Source: Octopus bimaculoides
Lineage: Eukaryota
Reading direction: 5' to 3'
DNA: 64,000 nt
Assembly: GCF_001194135.2 (NCBI RefSeq)
Contig: NC_068985.1
Span: 38,542,985 to 38,606,984, forward strand
Position numbers and translations under genes: made by a program. Below, piece by piece: positions 38,581-52,437 of the stretch; the stretch's first letter is position 1; each line of letters opens with the position of its first letter. The notes under the pieces are model-generated. The model was given only the letters and a program-made list of their open reading frames with translations, did not search any database and was not told the origin of the DNA.

Positions 38581-39969
38581 GGTCGATTGCACATATCTGT
38601 AGGTTCTGGTGGAACCGAATAAAATGACACAAAGGGAACTCAGACGAATGAATTACAAAAATATTTACTTCATGAATGACATCCTTAGTACATAAACAAT
38701 ATTAATTGAATCTGCAACACTTTTCATACACTTAATCCCCTTTATTCCCCTTTAAACGTACCACGTACCATGCTTACCATTTTGTACCTTGTACACAACT
38801 GATACACCACGCTATATAGGTTAAAGTATTTTAGCGCGATTTAATCAGAATGTTTTATTCGCCATTAAATACAAGGCTACTGAGTAGAACTTACTTTTAA
38901 AGAGGACACAAACACAAAAACCCAGTTATAATTGTAATTACATAGGTTTTTCTATAACAATTGACTGAAATAATTCTGTATGTTTTGCCGGAGGTAGTTA
39001 GGTAAAGTTCTGATCAGATGAATAACCTATTGTCTGTCTTGTGTTATCTCACCGTATTTTAATGTCTCAAGTGTATTTTAAGAAATTTTCATAAAAAGCC
39101 TTCGTTAGATTTTGCCAAGAAATGAAGAATAATTGATTTACGAACCATTAAGTTATTTCTTGCATTTCTACAGTTATTCTTCAGTTGTTCTTCTTTCTCT
39201 TCTATTTATTGTTATTGATATTTTTTTCTTATGTTAGTTGATTTTTATGATGGCTGTTGCGCTTAATCATAATGTCTTATTTTGCATTGTTGTTGTTGCT
39301 ATTGTCTTCGTTGTTTTCCCCTCATGGTGGTAGTTAGTTATGGTGCTAAATGTTCAATTTATTTCTTGAATGATGTGGCTGTTAATAATACTTAGTTTTG
39401 TTATTGATGCTGCAGTAATTTTTTTTCTATCATTAATTAACACCATACTGGACTGTTATAAAAGTTCTGTTGTGGTTCTCAGTTTGTTGCAGTCATTTCA
39501 TTTATACTAAAAAGCAATGAAGAAGGGGAACAGGGTAAAATTGGAGATAGATGGGTGGAAAAAAGATGGAACAATACCAACGATGTAGACAACCATGATA
39601 ATAGAACTACTAAGAAATGCTAGCGATGGAGATGGAGTAATGATGGTGGTAATGTTGGTGACGATGGCACTTATAGTGCTGATTCATACTGGCGGTAACT
39701 GTTGTGATAATAGTGTTTATGATGTTAATATTCTTCATAGCGAGAGTACAAGTGATGCTGGTGATGATGTTGGAGGGAGGAGGCTGTGGTTCTAATAGTG
39801 TTTAAGATAATGATAGGCGTGGTGATATGTAGTAGTCGTTTGGTAAAAAATATGCATTGTGGTGCTGTTAATGCGGATGATGGTGGTATAGTAATATAGT
39901 GGTTTTGTGGTTGTTAGTAGTGGCTCTGTTGATAAGTATGACCTTTATATAATTTATTGGCCATCCACT

Positions 39970-40014
<45 letters not shown>

Positions 40015-40340
40015 NNNNNNNNNNNNNNNNNNNNNNNNNNNNNNNNNNNNNNNNNNNNNNNNNNNNNNNNNNNNNNNNNNNNNNNNNNNNNNNNNNNNNN
40101 NNNNNNNNNNNNNNNNNNNNNNNNNNNNNNNNNNNNNNNNNNNNNNNNNNNNNNNNNNNNNNNNNNNNNNNNNNNNNNNNNNNNNNNNNNNNNNNNNNNN
40201 NNNNNNNNNNNNNNNNNNNNNNNNNNNNNNNNNNNNNNNNNNNNNNNNNNNNNNNNNNNNNNNNNNNNNNNNNNNNNNNNNNNNNNNNNNNNNNNNNNNN
40301 NNNNNNNNNNNNNNNNNNNNNNNNNNNNNNNNNNNNNNNN

Positions 40341-40415
40341 AAGAAAATGGAGGAGAATATGCGGTATCCACTGTCTGCAAGTCGATGGATACCGCATATT
40401 CTCCTCCATTTTCTT
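40341..40415. repeat. Perfect 30-bp inverted repeat with 15-nt loop
   Basis: AAGAAAATGGAGGAGAATATGCGGTATCCA / TGGATACCGCATATTCTCCTCCATTTTCTT. Confidence 0.95.
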
Positions 40416-40812
40416 ATTGCTATATATATATATATATACATTTATGAAGCGCCCTTTCAGATAACCAAGCTGTGAATGAACCTCGACCACAATTTGAGCG
40501 CCTTTTATTATAGTATAAATCCAAGTTCTGCAAGGAAATTAACTGCTGTTTATTTACTCAGCAATGTCTAATTATGAAACTTAGGGTTGTACATGATCAT
40601 TTACTCTGATTATATCTTACTGTCCAAAAGTCAGCATGTTCTTGTTTTAGTTGTTGCTGTGGTTGCTCCTGTTGTGGATATTGTTTAGATATAGGGCAGC
40701 TGTTATCTAGCAAACCTATGATCAAAGGCATTGTAACTCTTCACATCATACTTTATTACTTGTGTAAAAAATCTATATTATCTAATATGGTTTATTATTG
40801 TTGTTGTTGTTG

Positions 40813-40847
<35 letters not shown>

Positions 40848-40865
40848 GTTGTCGTTATTGTTATT

Positions 40866-40960
40866 AAAGCGGTGCGGTGGCAGTATTAGTCTATCGCTAC
40901 GTTCTGAGTTCACATTCCGCCGAGGTCGACTTTGTACCAGTTGATTCCCCGGGGTCGATG
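40866..40960 (+). mobile_element. SINE family A, multiply deleted
   Basis: CGCTACGTTCTGAGTTCACATTCCGCCGAGGTCGACTTTG. Confidence 0.7.
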
Positions 40961-41119
40961 CCAAAATCTGAAAACATTATTGATCTTTTTTAGCCCAAGT
41001 TAGCATGATTGAGTAGATCAACTAAACGGGAGCCACCATTTTATCGAGGAGGACTTTTTTGTTCAAAGTTTTTACGACGGTAGTGTTATGTGATTTCAAG
41101 AAATTTAATTGTTACATAA

Positions 41120-41333
41120 AATAAGGTGCCGAAAAGTTCCTGGCTTTGAGTAAGAATTAATACAGGAAGGTCAGTCAATTATGATGTTATTCGGCATGTT
41201 CTCTCAGATTTACACATTTATTGCATCAGTCCTTCAACTTTTCTAAGCCCTGTAAAAAAATTCGGAAGGTTGGGCCTCCAACCAGGCCTATCACGATAGC
41301 CTTAAAGCCACGAACTTTTGAGAACTCCACGTA
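41120..41333. mobile_element. Mariner-derived MITE (copy 2)
   Basis: GAAAAGTTCCTGGCTTT..AAAGCCACGAACTTTT..CCACGTA; internally homologous to 26787-27014. Confidence 0.75.
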
Positions 41334-43659
41334 TATATCTATATCTATCTATACATATATATATATATATANNNNNNNNNNNNNNNNNNNNNNNNNNNNN
41401 NNNNNNNNNNNNNNNNNNNNNNNNNNNNNNNNNNNNNNNNNNNNNNNNNNNNNNNNNNNNNNNNNNNNNNNNNNNNNNNNNNNNNNNNNNNNNNNNNNNN
41501 NNNNNNNNNNNNNNNNNNNNNNNNNNNNNNNNNNNNNNNNNNNNNNNNNNNNNNNNNNNNNNNNNNNNNNNNNNNNNNNNNNNNNNNNNNNNNNNNNNNN
41601 NNNNNNNNNNNNNNNNNNNNNNNNNNNNNNNNNNNNNNNNNNNNNNNNNNNNNNNNNNNNNNNNNNNNNNNNNNNNNNNNNNNNNNNNNNNNNNNNNNNN
41701 NNNNNNNNNNNNNNNNNNNNNNNNNNNNNNNNNNNNNNNNNNNNNNNNNNNNNNNNNNNNNNNNNNNNNNNNNNNNNNNNNNNNNNNNNNNNNNNNNNNN
41801 NNNNNNNNNNNNNNNNNNNNNNNNNNNNNNNNNNNNNNNNNNNNNNNNNNNNNNNNNNNNNNNNNNNNNNNNNNNNNNNNNNNNNNNNNNNNNNNNNNNN
41901 NNNNNNNNNNNNNNNNNNNNNNNNNNNNNNNNNNNNNNNNNNNNNNNNNNNNNNNNNNNNNNNNNNNNNNNNNNNNNNNNNNNNNNNNNNNNNNNNNNNN
42001 NNNNNNNNNNNNNNNNNNNNNNNNNNNNNNNNNNNNNNNNNNNNNNNNNNNNNNNNNNNNNNNNNNNNNNNNNNNNNNNNNNNNNNNNNNNNNNNNNNNN
42101 NNNNNNNNNNNNNNNNNNNNNNNNNNNNNNNNNNNNNNNNNNNNNNNNNNNNNNNNNNNNNNNNNNNNNNNNNNNNNNNNNNNNNNNNNNNNNNNNNNNN
42201 NNNNNNNNNNNNNNNNNNNNNNNNNNNNNNNNNNNNNNNNNNNNNNNNNNNNNNNNNNNNNNNNNNNNNNCAATAGCATAAGTAACAGCTCAGCACTAAT
42301 GTCGATGTAATCGACCAAACCTCTTTCCCAAAACTTCTGGCCTTGGGACAAATTTCGAAAGCCATAATGCAGACACTATTATTTCTTATTTCCTCTCACC
42401 ATAATGTTAATTACTAGTTATTAACATATATTGTGGCATTTAAGACGCACTGACTTACAAAAAAAAAAAAAAATTATTACTCACTCCGTGTCTTATATGC
42501 GAAGTTGCCCTTTCCACAAGCTTAAATGCACAAAATTGTTTTCCTCCTGAATGTACGCTGCTGAAATATGTCTGTACCTCTTTTAGGCTTTTCTGATGTA
42601 TTCTTCTTCAAATCAATGAGTTCAAGGTCTCACATCAAGGCGGGAAACGCAAAGGAAGGGAAGACGTGTTGAACTCTCTCATTCACCAAAAGCCAATCAC
42701 ATACGATTGATCATTAAAAACGTGATGATACTGGCGGTGTTCCAGCATGGCCACAAGCTTAGGGCTGAGACATATAATAGAATAAAAAGAATAAAAGCAT
42801 ATATCGATGTTAATGTTGTTTATTCTGTTGTTAGAAATAGTTCCTTTCCTTTATGTGATCAGAAAGTACGTGATCATCAAAGTAACCTGATGCACAGATG
42901 GAAAGTGTTAACGATAATAATTGCATTGGAAGGACGTTAGATTCCAACACTAAGTTGCTGTAGAATATTGAAATCACGTGTGTCAGTATCCCAGTTCAAA
43001 TCTCAGGTCAAAATTTGACTTACAAATGTCTCTTGATAAAATATGCACCTGGTAGATAGGTAACTGGTGTCTGTCGATTAAGCCATTTGATTCCAGTTAT
43101 GCAAATTTGTCGTCTCGTGGAAATATTATAGGATTTCACTGCTAAGATCCGGTAATCTATCTGCTAGAGACACCAGTTTAATATCTTTCAAATCACATCC
43201 CACAGGTTTAGAATAGAGGAAGAGATATTACATCATGTATTAAAAGACACCTCTTCAAAGAGGAAATGGCCGCGGCTGGAATATCTTTGATCAAGAGTGA
43301 GAGACGTGACCGGTTACCACAAGCCCCGTATCATGATATGGATTAAAGAAAGTAATACACGTCACTTACATCCTATTTCATCCTTTATTCTTTAGCTTCT
43401 CTGCCTTTGACGCAAAGCCAAAGGAAGGAAAGCAAAAGAAAGAAAAGAACTAATATATGTTGCCACTTCTTTTTACCACTAGGTTATCGCTTTGAATAAA
43501 GATTTACTTACCATTACAGTCTTGATCTGTGGAAACAATTAGCTGCTATTTATAACAGTTCGATTAGCTGCGTAGTTAGAATCTATGCCTCGATTTCACT
43601 AAGTCAGCTGTACGCTAGAATATGCAAACATACATATATAGATACATACTTTCATATAT

Positions 43660-43875
43660 AGACGATTAAAAACGGAGAAAAAAAGACAACAGAAAAAATA
43701 ACTACGCGAGGACGTAGCACATGCAGAGTATTAATAAGAGGCTCAAGGAAGAAAGAGTGGTTGCTTTATGTTTCGAGCATACCTCTTCTTCGGAAACAGG
43801 AGACAGGAAAGTCCAAAAGAAAAGGAAGGAGGGAAAAAATCGACAACAGTTCACGTGTAGTTACATTTATACATG
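43660..43875 (-). mobile_element. Hammerhead-bearing repeat (copy 2)
   Basis: Homologous to 17565-17745. Confidence 0.7.
43763..43797 (-). ncRNA. Minimal hammerhead-like motif with two core substitutions
   Basis: Minus: GTTT-CCGAAGA-A-GAG-GTATG-CTC-GAAA-CATA-AAGC; perfect GAG/CTC helix II, U4 to C change, CG to CA at helix III. Confidence 0.5.
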
Positions 43876-44139
43876 CGTGTGTGTGTGTCTTTGTGTGTAT
43901 ATANNNNNNNNNNNNNNNNNNNNNNNNNNNNNNNNNNNNNNNNNNNNNNNNNNNNNNNNNNNNNNNNNNNNNNNNNNNNNNNNNNNNNNNNNNNNNNNNN
44001 NNNNNNNNNNNNNNNNNNNNNNNNNNNNNNNNNNNNNNNNNNNNNNNNNNNNNNNNNNNNNNNNNNNNTATATATATATATATGTATGTATGTATGTATG
44101 TATATATGTATATATATCTTTTATCTTCTTTCATTTACG

Positions 44140-44490
44140 GGTTTCAACCAGGGGCTGAGACCGTGATGGTACGTCACCTTTACTGCATCTGGGGATTTTT
44201 CCAGTATTGCTTCTGGTGAAGCAGTGAGTTGGACGTTGCCGCTCTTCTGTGTGCTTCATGCCGAGATGTGGGTTTATCCGATATTTCAAATAAGAAACTT
44301 TCTAGACGTATTTTGAAAACTTCCATGTCTACACCTCGTAGATACCTGATGTTCTGTGGTAGGGAATTAAAAAGTACCCTTGAATCCGAAGCTATTACAA
44401 TATTCGGTTCGTATCCTCGATGGAGAAGATGGGACATTTGGTACTGTGCAGTGCCAACCAGTTCGGGGATTGTTGCACATTTCGATTTTG
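44140..44490 (-). mobile_element. CR1-like LINE 3' end
   Basis: ..SRVLFNSLPQNIRYLRGVDMEVFKIRLESFLFEISDKP..RAATSNSLLHQ matches CR1-group LFNSLP..IR....FK..LD.FL..IPD.P..RAA.SNSL. Confidence 0.8.
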
Positions 44491-44856
44491 AAATTTGTTA
44501 TGTAAGTCGATATAGAAAATATATTAGATACATTTAATGCAAAATATGTACATATGTATGCCCATAAAAAAAGTCCGACTTACACAGAATATGAATGACA
44601 TCAAGGATTAAAGTGGTTGAGTTAGTGTTTTATGAGTAGTATAATTAGAGAATTTAATGTTTCTTATCATACGTATTAGGTCTTTCTCAAAATTAGCCAT
44701 TGCAGCGTTTGGGAGTGGGTTTTTTTAAGGACTAGATGGTAAGCGTCCTTTTCATTAGAATGTTCAGGGTGATTAGGTCTGACGTATAGGGCTCCCCACC
44801 TCATTCGAGTGATGAAATCATTAGTCTTCTATAGTAAGAGTTCCTTGTATACACCT

Positions 44857-45027
44857 CTTGGTGGGACTGGGGTATTTTTTGTAGATGTGCCCCAGCAATT
44901 GCTTACCCATGAGTGTTATCTATAGATAGCGTTCGATAAAAATTTGGCCGAGCGCTACTTATAGATAACACTCGTAGATAAGCAATTATTGGGCATATCT
45001 GCAAAAAAATATCCCAATTCCCCCAAG
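44857..45027. mobile_element. Hairpin (foldback/MITE-like) element with about 78-bp arms and 14-nt loop
   Basis: Arms 44857-44934 and 44949-45027 are reverse complements with scattered, mostly transition, mismatches. Confidence 0.8.
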
Positions 45028-45042
45028 ATATACATATGTGCC

Positions 45043-45278
45043 AAGGCGGCGAGCTGGAAGAAACGTTAGCACATCAGGCGAAATGCTTAGCCGTATTTTG
45101 ACTGCCGCTACGTTCTGAGTTTCAATTCCTCCGAGGTTGACTTTGCTTTTCATCCTTTCGGGGTCGATTAAATAAGTACCAGTTACGCACTGGGGTCGAT
45201 ATAATCGACTTAATCCGTTTGTCTGTCCTTGTTTGTCGCCTCTGTGTGTAGCTCCTTGTGGGTAGTAAAGACATAAGA
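45043..45278 (+). mobile_element. SINE family A (tail A1), full length
   Basis: AAGGCGGCGAGCTGG..to..TTGTGGGTAGTAAAGACATAAG, followed by (TG)n. Confidence 0.92.
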
Positions 45279-45390
<112 letters not shown>

Positions 45391-46182
45391 CTAATGTAAA
45401 CATTTTATCGAACCCTTGTGCTGGGTCTAGTTAATGATTTCAAAACCCCGCCTAGATGAAATACGCCTTTCAACTTTGTGAGGCTTATAAAAGAACCATA
45501 TGGCCATTGTTGTGAACTGGTTAAATACTTTTGTGTTAAAAATACGTAGAAGCTTTCACAGCTGAATGTCTTCTGAGTTCAAAACCCTCCCAGTGTCACC
45601 GGTAGAAACAAACAGAAAGTTTAGGAAACCTTTAATTGAATACCCAAAATACCCAATTATTTCAGCTCATCTGTTTAGTTCATTTTATCCTTTTATTCTT
45701 TTAATAGTTTCAGTCATAGGGCTGTAGTTATGCTTGAGCCCCGACTTCATTTATTTTCTATCAATTTCGCTGTCGCTTTATAGCTGCAAATTGGTCTGTG
45801 TTGGAGCCTGAATTTGTTTCCTGATCCGCTATCGTCATTAGGATTTTATAGTTTGTCTATTGTTTCAGTGTCCTTTTTAATGTTTCAGTAGAGCTTTGTT
45901 TTGTATTTCCGAATCCTTTAGGTAGGCAGTGAAAATTTGAATACGCCTAAATATCAGACTGGTCCTATACAGTGTTTTTGCTGGAGATATTGAAGGTGTG
46001 GTATTAGGTATCAGACGGTATCTACTAGTGCGTGCGTTAAAATTTTCTCTAATGCTAAAGTTTGGAATATACTTACATTGGTTTGAAACTACAAGTTTTG
46101 TGCAGGAATTTCCTGTCCCCGAATTACGAAGATAGCTCGAATTTTGAGTCCTTGTTTCGGTGATAAATGGAAATTTATTTAT

Positions 46183-46221
<39 letters not shown>

Positions 46222-46509
46222 TGCGTGTGTGTGTGTGTGTGTTTGTGCGTGTGTGTATATGTGTGTGTGTGTTTGTGCGTGTATGTGTATGTGTGTGTGC
46301 GTGTGTGTATGTGCGGGTGCGTGCATCTGTGTGTATGTGTGTGCATATGTGTGTGTGTATATATGTATGTATATATATATAATATATNNNNNNNNNNNNN
46401 NNNNNNNNNNNNNNNNNNNNNNNNNNNNNNNNNNNNNNNNNNNNNNNNNNNNNNNNNNNNNNNNNNNNNNNNNNNNNNNNNNNNNNNNNNNNNNNNNNNN
46501 NNNNNTATA

Positions 46510-46545
<36 letters not shown>

Positions 46546-47099
46546 TATATATGTATATGTATATCGACACATGCGTGTGTTGTGTGAACGTGTATTTGCT
46601 CGTCTAAGAGTGTGAACTTACGGTTAAATTACTGTGTGTACGAATTTGTACTCCTAAATATTTATGAATTTTATCTTTCGATTTAATGCAACTCTGTTTT
46701 ATCTAAAATTCTCTCTTAAATTTTGAGTAAATCATAGAATCTTGTCAGAGAGAAGTCACATGTTGGGGCTTCCTGAATTTCCTTCTACATCTCTTTGAAC
46801 GTTGCCACGAAGACCATTGTAATGAAATGTGGATGTTATTTATTGATAAGTTAGATATATCATCACTACGTCAATGTATGAAATTGTATGTTGTAAATCA
46901 GCAGAAGCGCAGCATAATAACACAGAGATAGGCAGACAGACAGACGCATAGACACGCATATAAGCACATCGACACACGTACAAACACATACATTAACAAA
47001 GAACCTCATATATGTATATGTAATTCATATACAAATGCGCGCACAAGAGTGTCCATTTTGTATGTATGACTTTGAATGTGTGTGTGTATGTGTGTGTGC

Positions 47100-47131
<32 letters not shown>

Positions 47132-49310
47132 NNNNNNNNNNNNNNNNNNNNNNNNNNNNNNNNNNNNNNNNNNNNNNNNNNNNNNNNNNNNNNNNNNNNN
47201 NNNNNNNNNNNNNNNNNNNNNNNNNNNNNNNNNNNNNNNNNNNNNNNNNNNNNNNNNNNNNNNNNNNNNNNNNNNNNNNNNNNNNNNNNNNNNNNNNNNN
47301 NNNNNNNNNNNNNNNNNNNNNNNNNNNNNNNNNNNNNNNNNNNNNNNNNNNNNNNNNNNNNNNNNNNNNNNNNNNNNNNNNNNNNNNNNNNNNNNNNNNN
47401 NNNNNNNNNNNNNNNNNNNNNNNNNNNNNNNNNNNNNNNNNNNNNNNNNNNNNNNNNNNNNNNNNNNNNNNNNNNNNNNNNNNNNNNNNNNNNNNNNNNN
47501 NNNNNNNNNNNNNNNNNNNNNNNNNNNNNNNNNNNNNNNNNNNNNNNNNNNNNNNNNNNNNNNNNNNNNNNNNNNNNNNNNNNNNNNNNNNNNNNNNNNN
47601 NNNNNNNNNNNNNNNNNNNNNNNNNNNNNNNNNNNNNNNNNNNNNNNNNNNNNNNNNNNNNNNNNNNNNNNNNNNNNNNNNNNNNNNNNNNNNNNNNNGT
47701 TTGTGTATATATGTGTGTGGATTTATGTAGGTTTGTGCGTGTCTGAGTATGTAGGTTATGTGGAATTATGTAGGTTTGTGTGTGTTTGAGTATGTGTTTG
47801 TGATTGTATCTCTGTGTGTGTGTGTTTATTTTTGTTTGTCGCCCTCCATTGCTTGTTAATTGGTGTCAGGTTGTTCACGTCCTCTTTTACTTTGCGATAA
47901 AATATTTTAAGATACGTCCTACGTTTGATTTGCTTGACCAAACCTTTCATGGCGTGGCCCAGCGTGGCCATAGACCAATGTAGGAAACAAGTAAAAGTAA
48001 AAAAAAAAAAAAACGATTAAAAGATAAATATTAGTATTTTATAGAAGCTATCTTTGAGAAAAACAATCACTGGTGATAAAGTAATTTACCTTAAACTAAT
48101 AATCAATTTGTTTTGGAAATATTGCATACATTGGATATAATTTATTCCGGAAAAATATAAAGTTTCCATAGAGTATATTTTTACTCTGAGCTCTCAAAGA
48201 AATTTTGCCGATGTCTATTATATCACGCCTTCATATAAAAGGAAAGAAAATGAGAAAACAAAATGTGTTCTTAGTACGTCTGACAGTCGACAGTTGTTGA
48301 TAATAAGCCATAAGTGAGCCTTTGTCGAGACGACATATTTTCTAAAGAATTCTAGTTAAGAATACCCGCTTTTAACTCGACATGTATCTAGAACAACACC
48401 ATCAAGTATATTCTTTTTTATACTGTAGCATATGACCGAAAGAAACCTTTTCCTAGTAGCCATGTAAAATTTCCCTCGATAGTCTCTCAGTTCTCGCATG
48501 TTTCATTGTATTTCAGCTTATATCCCGTTAATTAAACTCTTAAATTAACAACTCAAAAGCTTGTTAACTGACGTCTGGTTCTTAAAAAAAAAAAGAAATT
48601 TGAAATGACCTAAATGAACAGCTGTTAACTATAAATATAACGCTAAGAAATTAACTAATCGATACTACTGCTAAGAATTTAACGCAAACAAAAGAATCCT
48701 GTGATATAGAACTCGGTAACACTCTAGTATTTACTAATAAGAAGACGGATTATATAAACACACATGCTATCTAAAGACTAACATTTTCCTACTAAACAAA
48801 TCTAACAGAAGTTAATCTTTCTCCTCACTAAATACTAATACTGGCTTATATCGTATTCTAAAGGTTAAAACTAAGGAAATAAGTAAAAACTCTTTTCTAA
48901 GTTTCATGTCTTTCCTTGTAATATTTTAGTGGCAGGCTGGTTGGTATTTAGTTTGTTAATAGCTACAACAGTTCGTTCAAAATGCCTAGCTCCAGGACGA
49001 AACAGCTGTGGTTGCCTTTAATGCGTGTTCTTATCAACCTTTCCCTTTCAGGACCGTTACCAATTAGATTTGGCAACCCCCACCAGTTGAGAGTCCTATA
49101 TCTGTTTATCAAGTGACACTTGACCTCTCCTTATTACAATTCGGAATTATATCTGTTAATTAAGGGATTCTTTCTCTTGATTCCTCCCTCTCTTTGCATT
49201 ACTATGAGCAATTTGCTACACCACCCTATATTTTTCCCTTTTCGGTCTCTGGCTTTGTCTTTCTTTTCTTACATTCTATGCCGATTGATGCGAGTAGCCT
49301 CTTTACAACA

Positions 49311-49388
49311 CACGCACACACACACGTGCATACACGCATACACACACGTGCATACACGCATACACACACGTGCATACACGCATACACA
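49311..49388. repeat. 20-bp minisatellite (ACACACGTGCATACACGCAT), about 3.5 copies
   Basis: Directly visible. Confidence 0.9.
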
Positions 49389-49390
49389 CC

Positions 49391-49436
<46 letters not shown>

Positions 49437-50261
49437 NNNNNNNNNNTATGTATGTATACACACATATACACACTGATCTATACAGATACAAGCCAGAGTG
49501 TTGACGCTTCTTTTTAACGGCATTTTATACATTCCAATAATAAAACACGGCTTTTTCTAAAACACTGGAATTAAGCAGACAGGAAAAGTTGAATGTTTCA
49601 TTATCTATAGTATAGACAAATTTTATAAAAGTCATACACCGAAGTATAAGGAAACGAAGGAGCAAACGTAACAGTTGTTACTGTTTCTGACTAAATAAGT
49701 GTCACCGACATAGCATTACACTTTTAATATAGAAACACGTATCCATTGTTGTCCTATGCTTTTGAAACTACTTTGTCATTTTCTTTGAGGATGTTAAATT
49801 TTGGACATCATTTCTTCATTTATTGAAATGCGTTTGCTTGCTTTTTTTAATTCACAGTCACAAGCAAAAAGCGGCAAAGACTATTTTCTTTAAATATACG
49901 GACCCATGGACCTTGCTACCAAATTCGTGATACTGACCTTCTTGAATTATTTTCTGATAGCACCTTTTAATTTCTTTAAAGTTTATTCAAAATGAACCCG
50001 AGCATTTTAAAAAGTAGATATTTTGTTTTCCTTAAAATTTAATCAAACATTTCTTCTACAAAAAAATTGCTTCGAGGATTGATATACCCTTGCCAACGTA
50101 TTTTACTTCTGACTGGAACAACGTTTTTTTTTGTTTTTTTTTCAGGTCCAGTCGGCAGTTCTAGCAAGCTTTTGTCATGTCTTCTACCGATTAAAATTGC
50201 TAAAATTTCAGAATGCAAAACAAAACAATACATGGCGCGATGTTTAAACCTTAAGAATGAG

Positions 50262-50305
50262 AGGGCAGGCTGTGTGGTAAGAAGCTTGCTTCCCAAATAC
50301 ATGGT
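50262..50305 (+). mobile_element. SINE family B head truncated by gap
   Basis: GGCTGTGTGGTAAGAAGCTTGCTTCCCAAATACATGGT. Confidence 0.8.
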
Positions 50306-50567
50306 NNNNNNNNNNNNNNNNNNNNNNNNNNNNNNNNNNNNNNNNNNNNNNNNNNNNNNNNNNNNNNNNNNNNNNNNNNNNNNNNNNNNNNNNNNNNNNN
50401 NNNNNNNNNNNNNNNNNNNNNNNNNNNNNNNNNNNNNNNNNNNNNNNNNNNNNNNNNNNNNNNNNNNNNNNNNNNNNNNNNNNNNNNNNNNNNNNNNNNN
50501 NNNNNNNNNNNNNNNNNNNNNNNNNNNNNNNNNNNNNNNNNNNNNNNNNNNNNNNNNNNNNNNNNNA

Positions 50568-50601
<34 letters not shown>

Positions 50602-50977
50602 ACATAAAGTAAAATGGAGGACAAACTTTCATAAGTCAAATTCCTTTATCAAAATTCTTATACAGTATCAAGCCAATCTTAAAATATAAATGGTAAGAAT
50701 CGAAAATGCATAGATGCAGAATTATCAGAACTTTTAGGTGTCAAGCATTCCAATATTACAAGTCAGCGATGAAGTTAGATTTGCTCGTATAGAGCGCTGA
50801 TCAATTCCTCTGCAGTAAAGGTGCCGTCGTTAGATGTTGTATGAGTGTTCGACAATTTCTTACCGATCAAACACACAGATCATTTGTTTATAGTGATCAA
50901 ATGTTTGCGTAGACATAAGCTCAGTCCTTTCATCAAATCGACTGGGTTATTTCCATTGGCTTTTAAAAGAAAATATT

Positions 50978-51012
<35 letters not shown>

Positions 51013-51014
<2 letters not shown>

Positions 51015-51196
51015 AAGGTATATTCCAGAGGACCTATTATCGATTTTTCAGCAAACTGAGTCTACCATGAGTTTTGTAGATATGATTTCTAGTCAAGTGT
51101 CAAGTTTCATCAAAATCGATATAACGATGTATGAGGAGTCAGCTAACAACTCCACAAACACACCCACAGACAGAATTTCCCACATACGTAGTAGAT
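51013..51196 (-). mobile_element. Non-autonomous Helitron/Helentron-like fragment
   Basis: Minus starts ATCTACTACGTATGTGGG..TCTGTCTGTGGGTGTGTTTG; plus strand AAGTTTCATCAAAATCG motif typical of such elements. Confidence 0.4.
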
Positions 51197-51809
51197 GCCT
51201 GCATTGTGTATAAGTGTTTATTTTATACGTATGTGTGAGTGTGCTTTACTTCAGTAAACTTTTGTTTTAATATGTAATAAAATGACTTCAACGAAAAATA
51301 CGCCTTGTTTACAATGCAGATTTGTATTTTGTCGTTGTTTAATCGCATGTCAATCTTGAGCTTGGGCAGGCCTGTAAGGAAAAGTATCCCCTCACTCTCT
51401 TCTTATATTATGCAGGCAAAATTCTTTCTATGAATACATTCTCGGTTTAACATTCTCTCTCTGAAACTGGTAGGGTGTGTTTTCATGTACATGTGGCTAC
51501 AATTTTCAGAATGCTCTGCGCTCAGTTTCCACTAATATAGGTTTGTGGTCACCTTTCATCCTAATCAATTGAGTATTGAGGTCGCTTTAATCCACAGTTC
51601 TCCTCCTGCGAAATTGTTGTATTTGTCCAAAATTAGAAAATCCTGTTAAGCATGTATAGATGAACGTTGTGGATTGGCGGAGTTGTTAGAATGTTTGGTC
51701 TGATTTTGTACGTTGTAATTTCATAATTCGCGGAGTTCGAGTTTGTCTTTCATCTGTGTGGATTCGTTAAAACAATGACAACTCCTCCGCGATAGATTGA
51801 TATAATTAA

Positions 51810-51886
51810 TAGTGATGATGATGATGGTGGTGATGATGCCGATGATGATAGTGATGATGATAATGAGGATAGTGATGGTGATGATA

Positions 51887-51955
<69 letters not shown>
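51810..51955. repeat. (GAT)n microsatellite
   Basis: Directly visible. Confidence 0.95.
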
Positions 51956-52376
51956 CTAACAAGGATTAGTAGGAAAAAATAATTGTATTAACTATGTGAA
52001 ATTTAATTTTACAATATCAAAAGTACTCACTCTTGTTTTAATTCTATATTTTGAGTCTTTTGAATCCATAATTTTTGAAAATCCTTGATAAATAAAAACT
52101 AATACAAGCAGTATAAATATACTTGAAACCAAACAACTATAACAAGTTTTTGATTTTGAACAAACAAACAAACAAACAAAATATAGAAAACAGAAAAACT
52201 AACGGTAAAATACGTTTGACAGCAGTAAATAACAGGCTTTAGTTGTGACAACATATTTTGTTCAAGAAAAAGTAATATTTATGAGATCAATCAGCGAAAA
52301 TTTCTTTAATATTTGTATTATATTAGATGCTGTTACGTTTGAACAACTGTTAGACCATGACCATCGCCATCTTAAT

Positions 52377-52435
<59 letters not shown>

Positions 52436-52437
52436 CA

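Noticed and set aside
38595-38810. Solo-LTR-like TG..CA segment
   Set aside because: No TSD, PBS or second copy visible
50147-50277. Plus-strand open frame after a T-rich acceptor
   Set aside because: The donor is supplied by a SINE-B head and the peptide is unrecognisable
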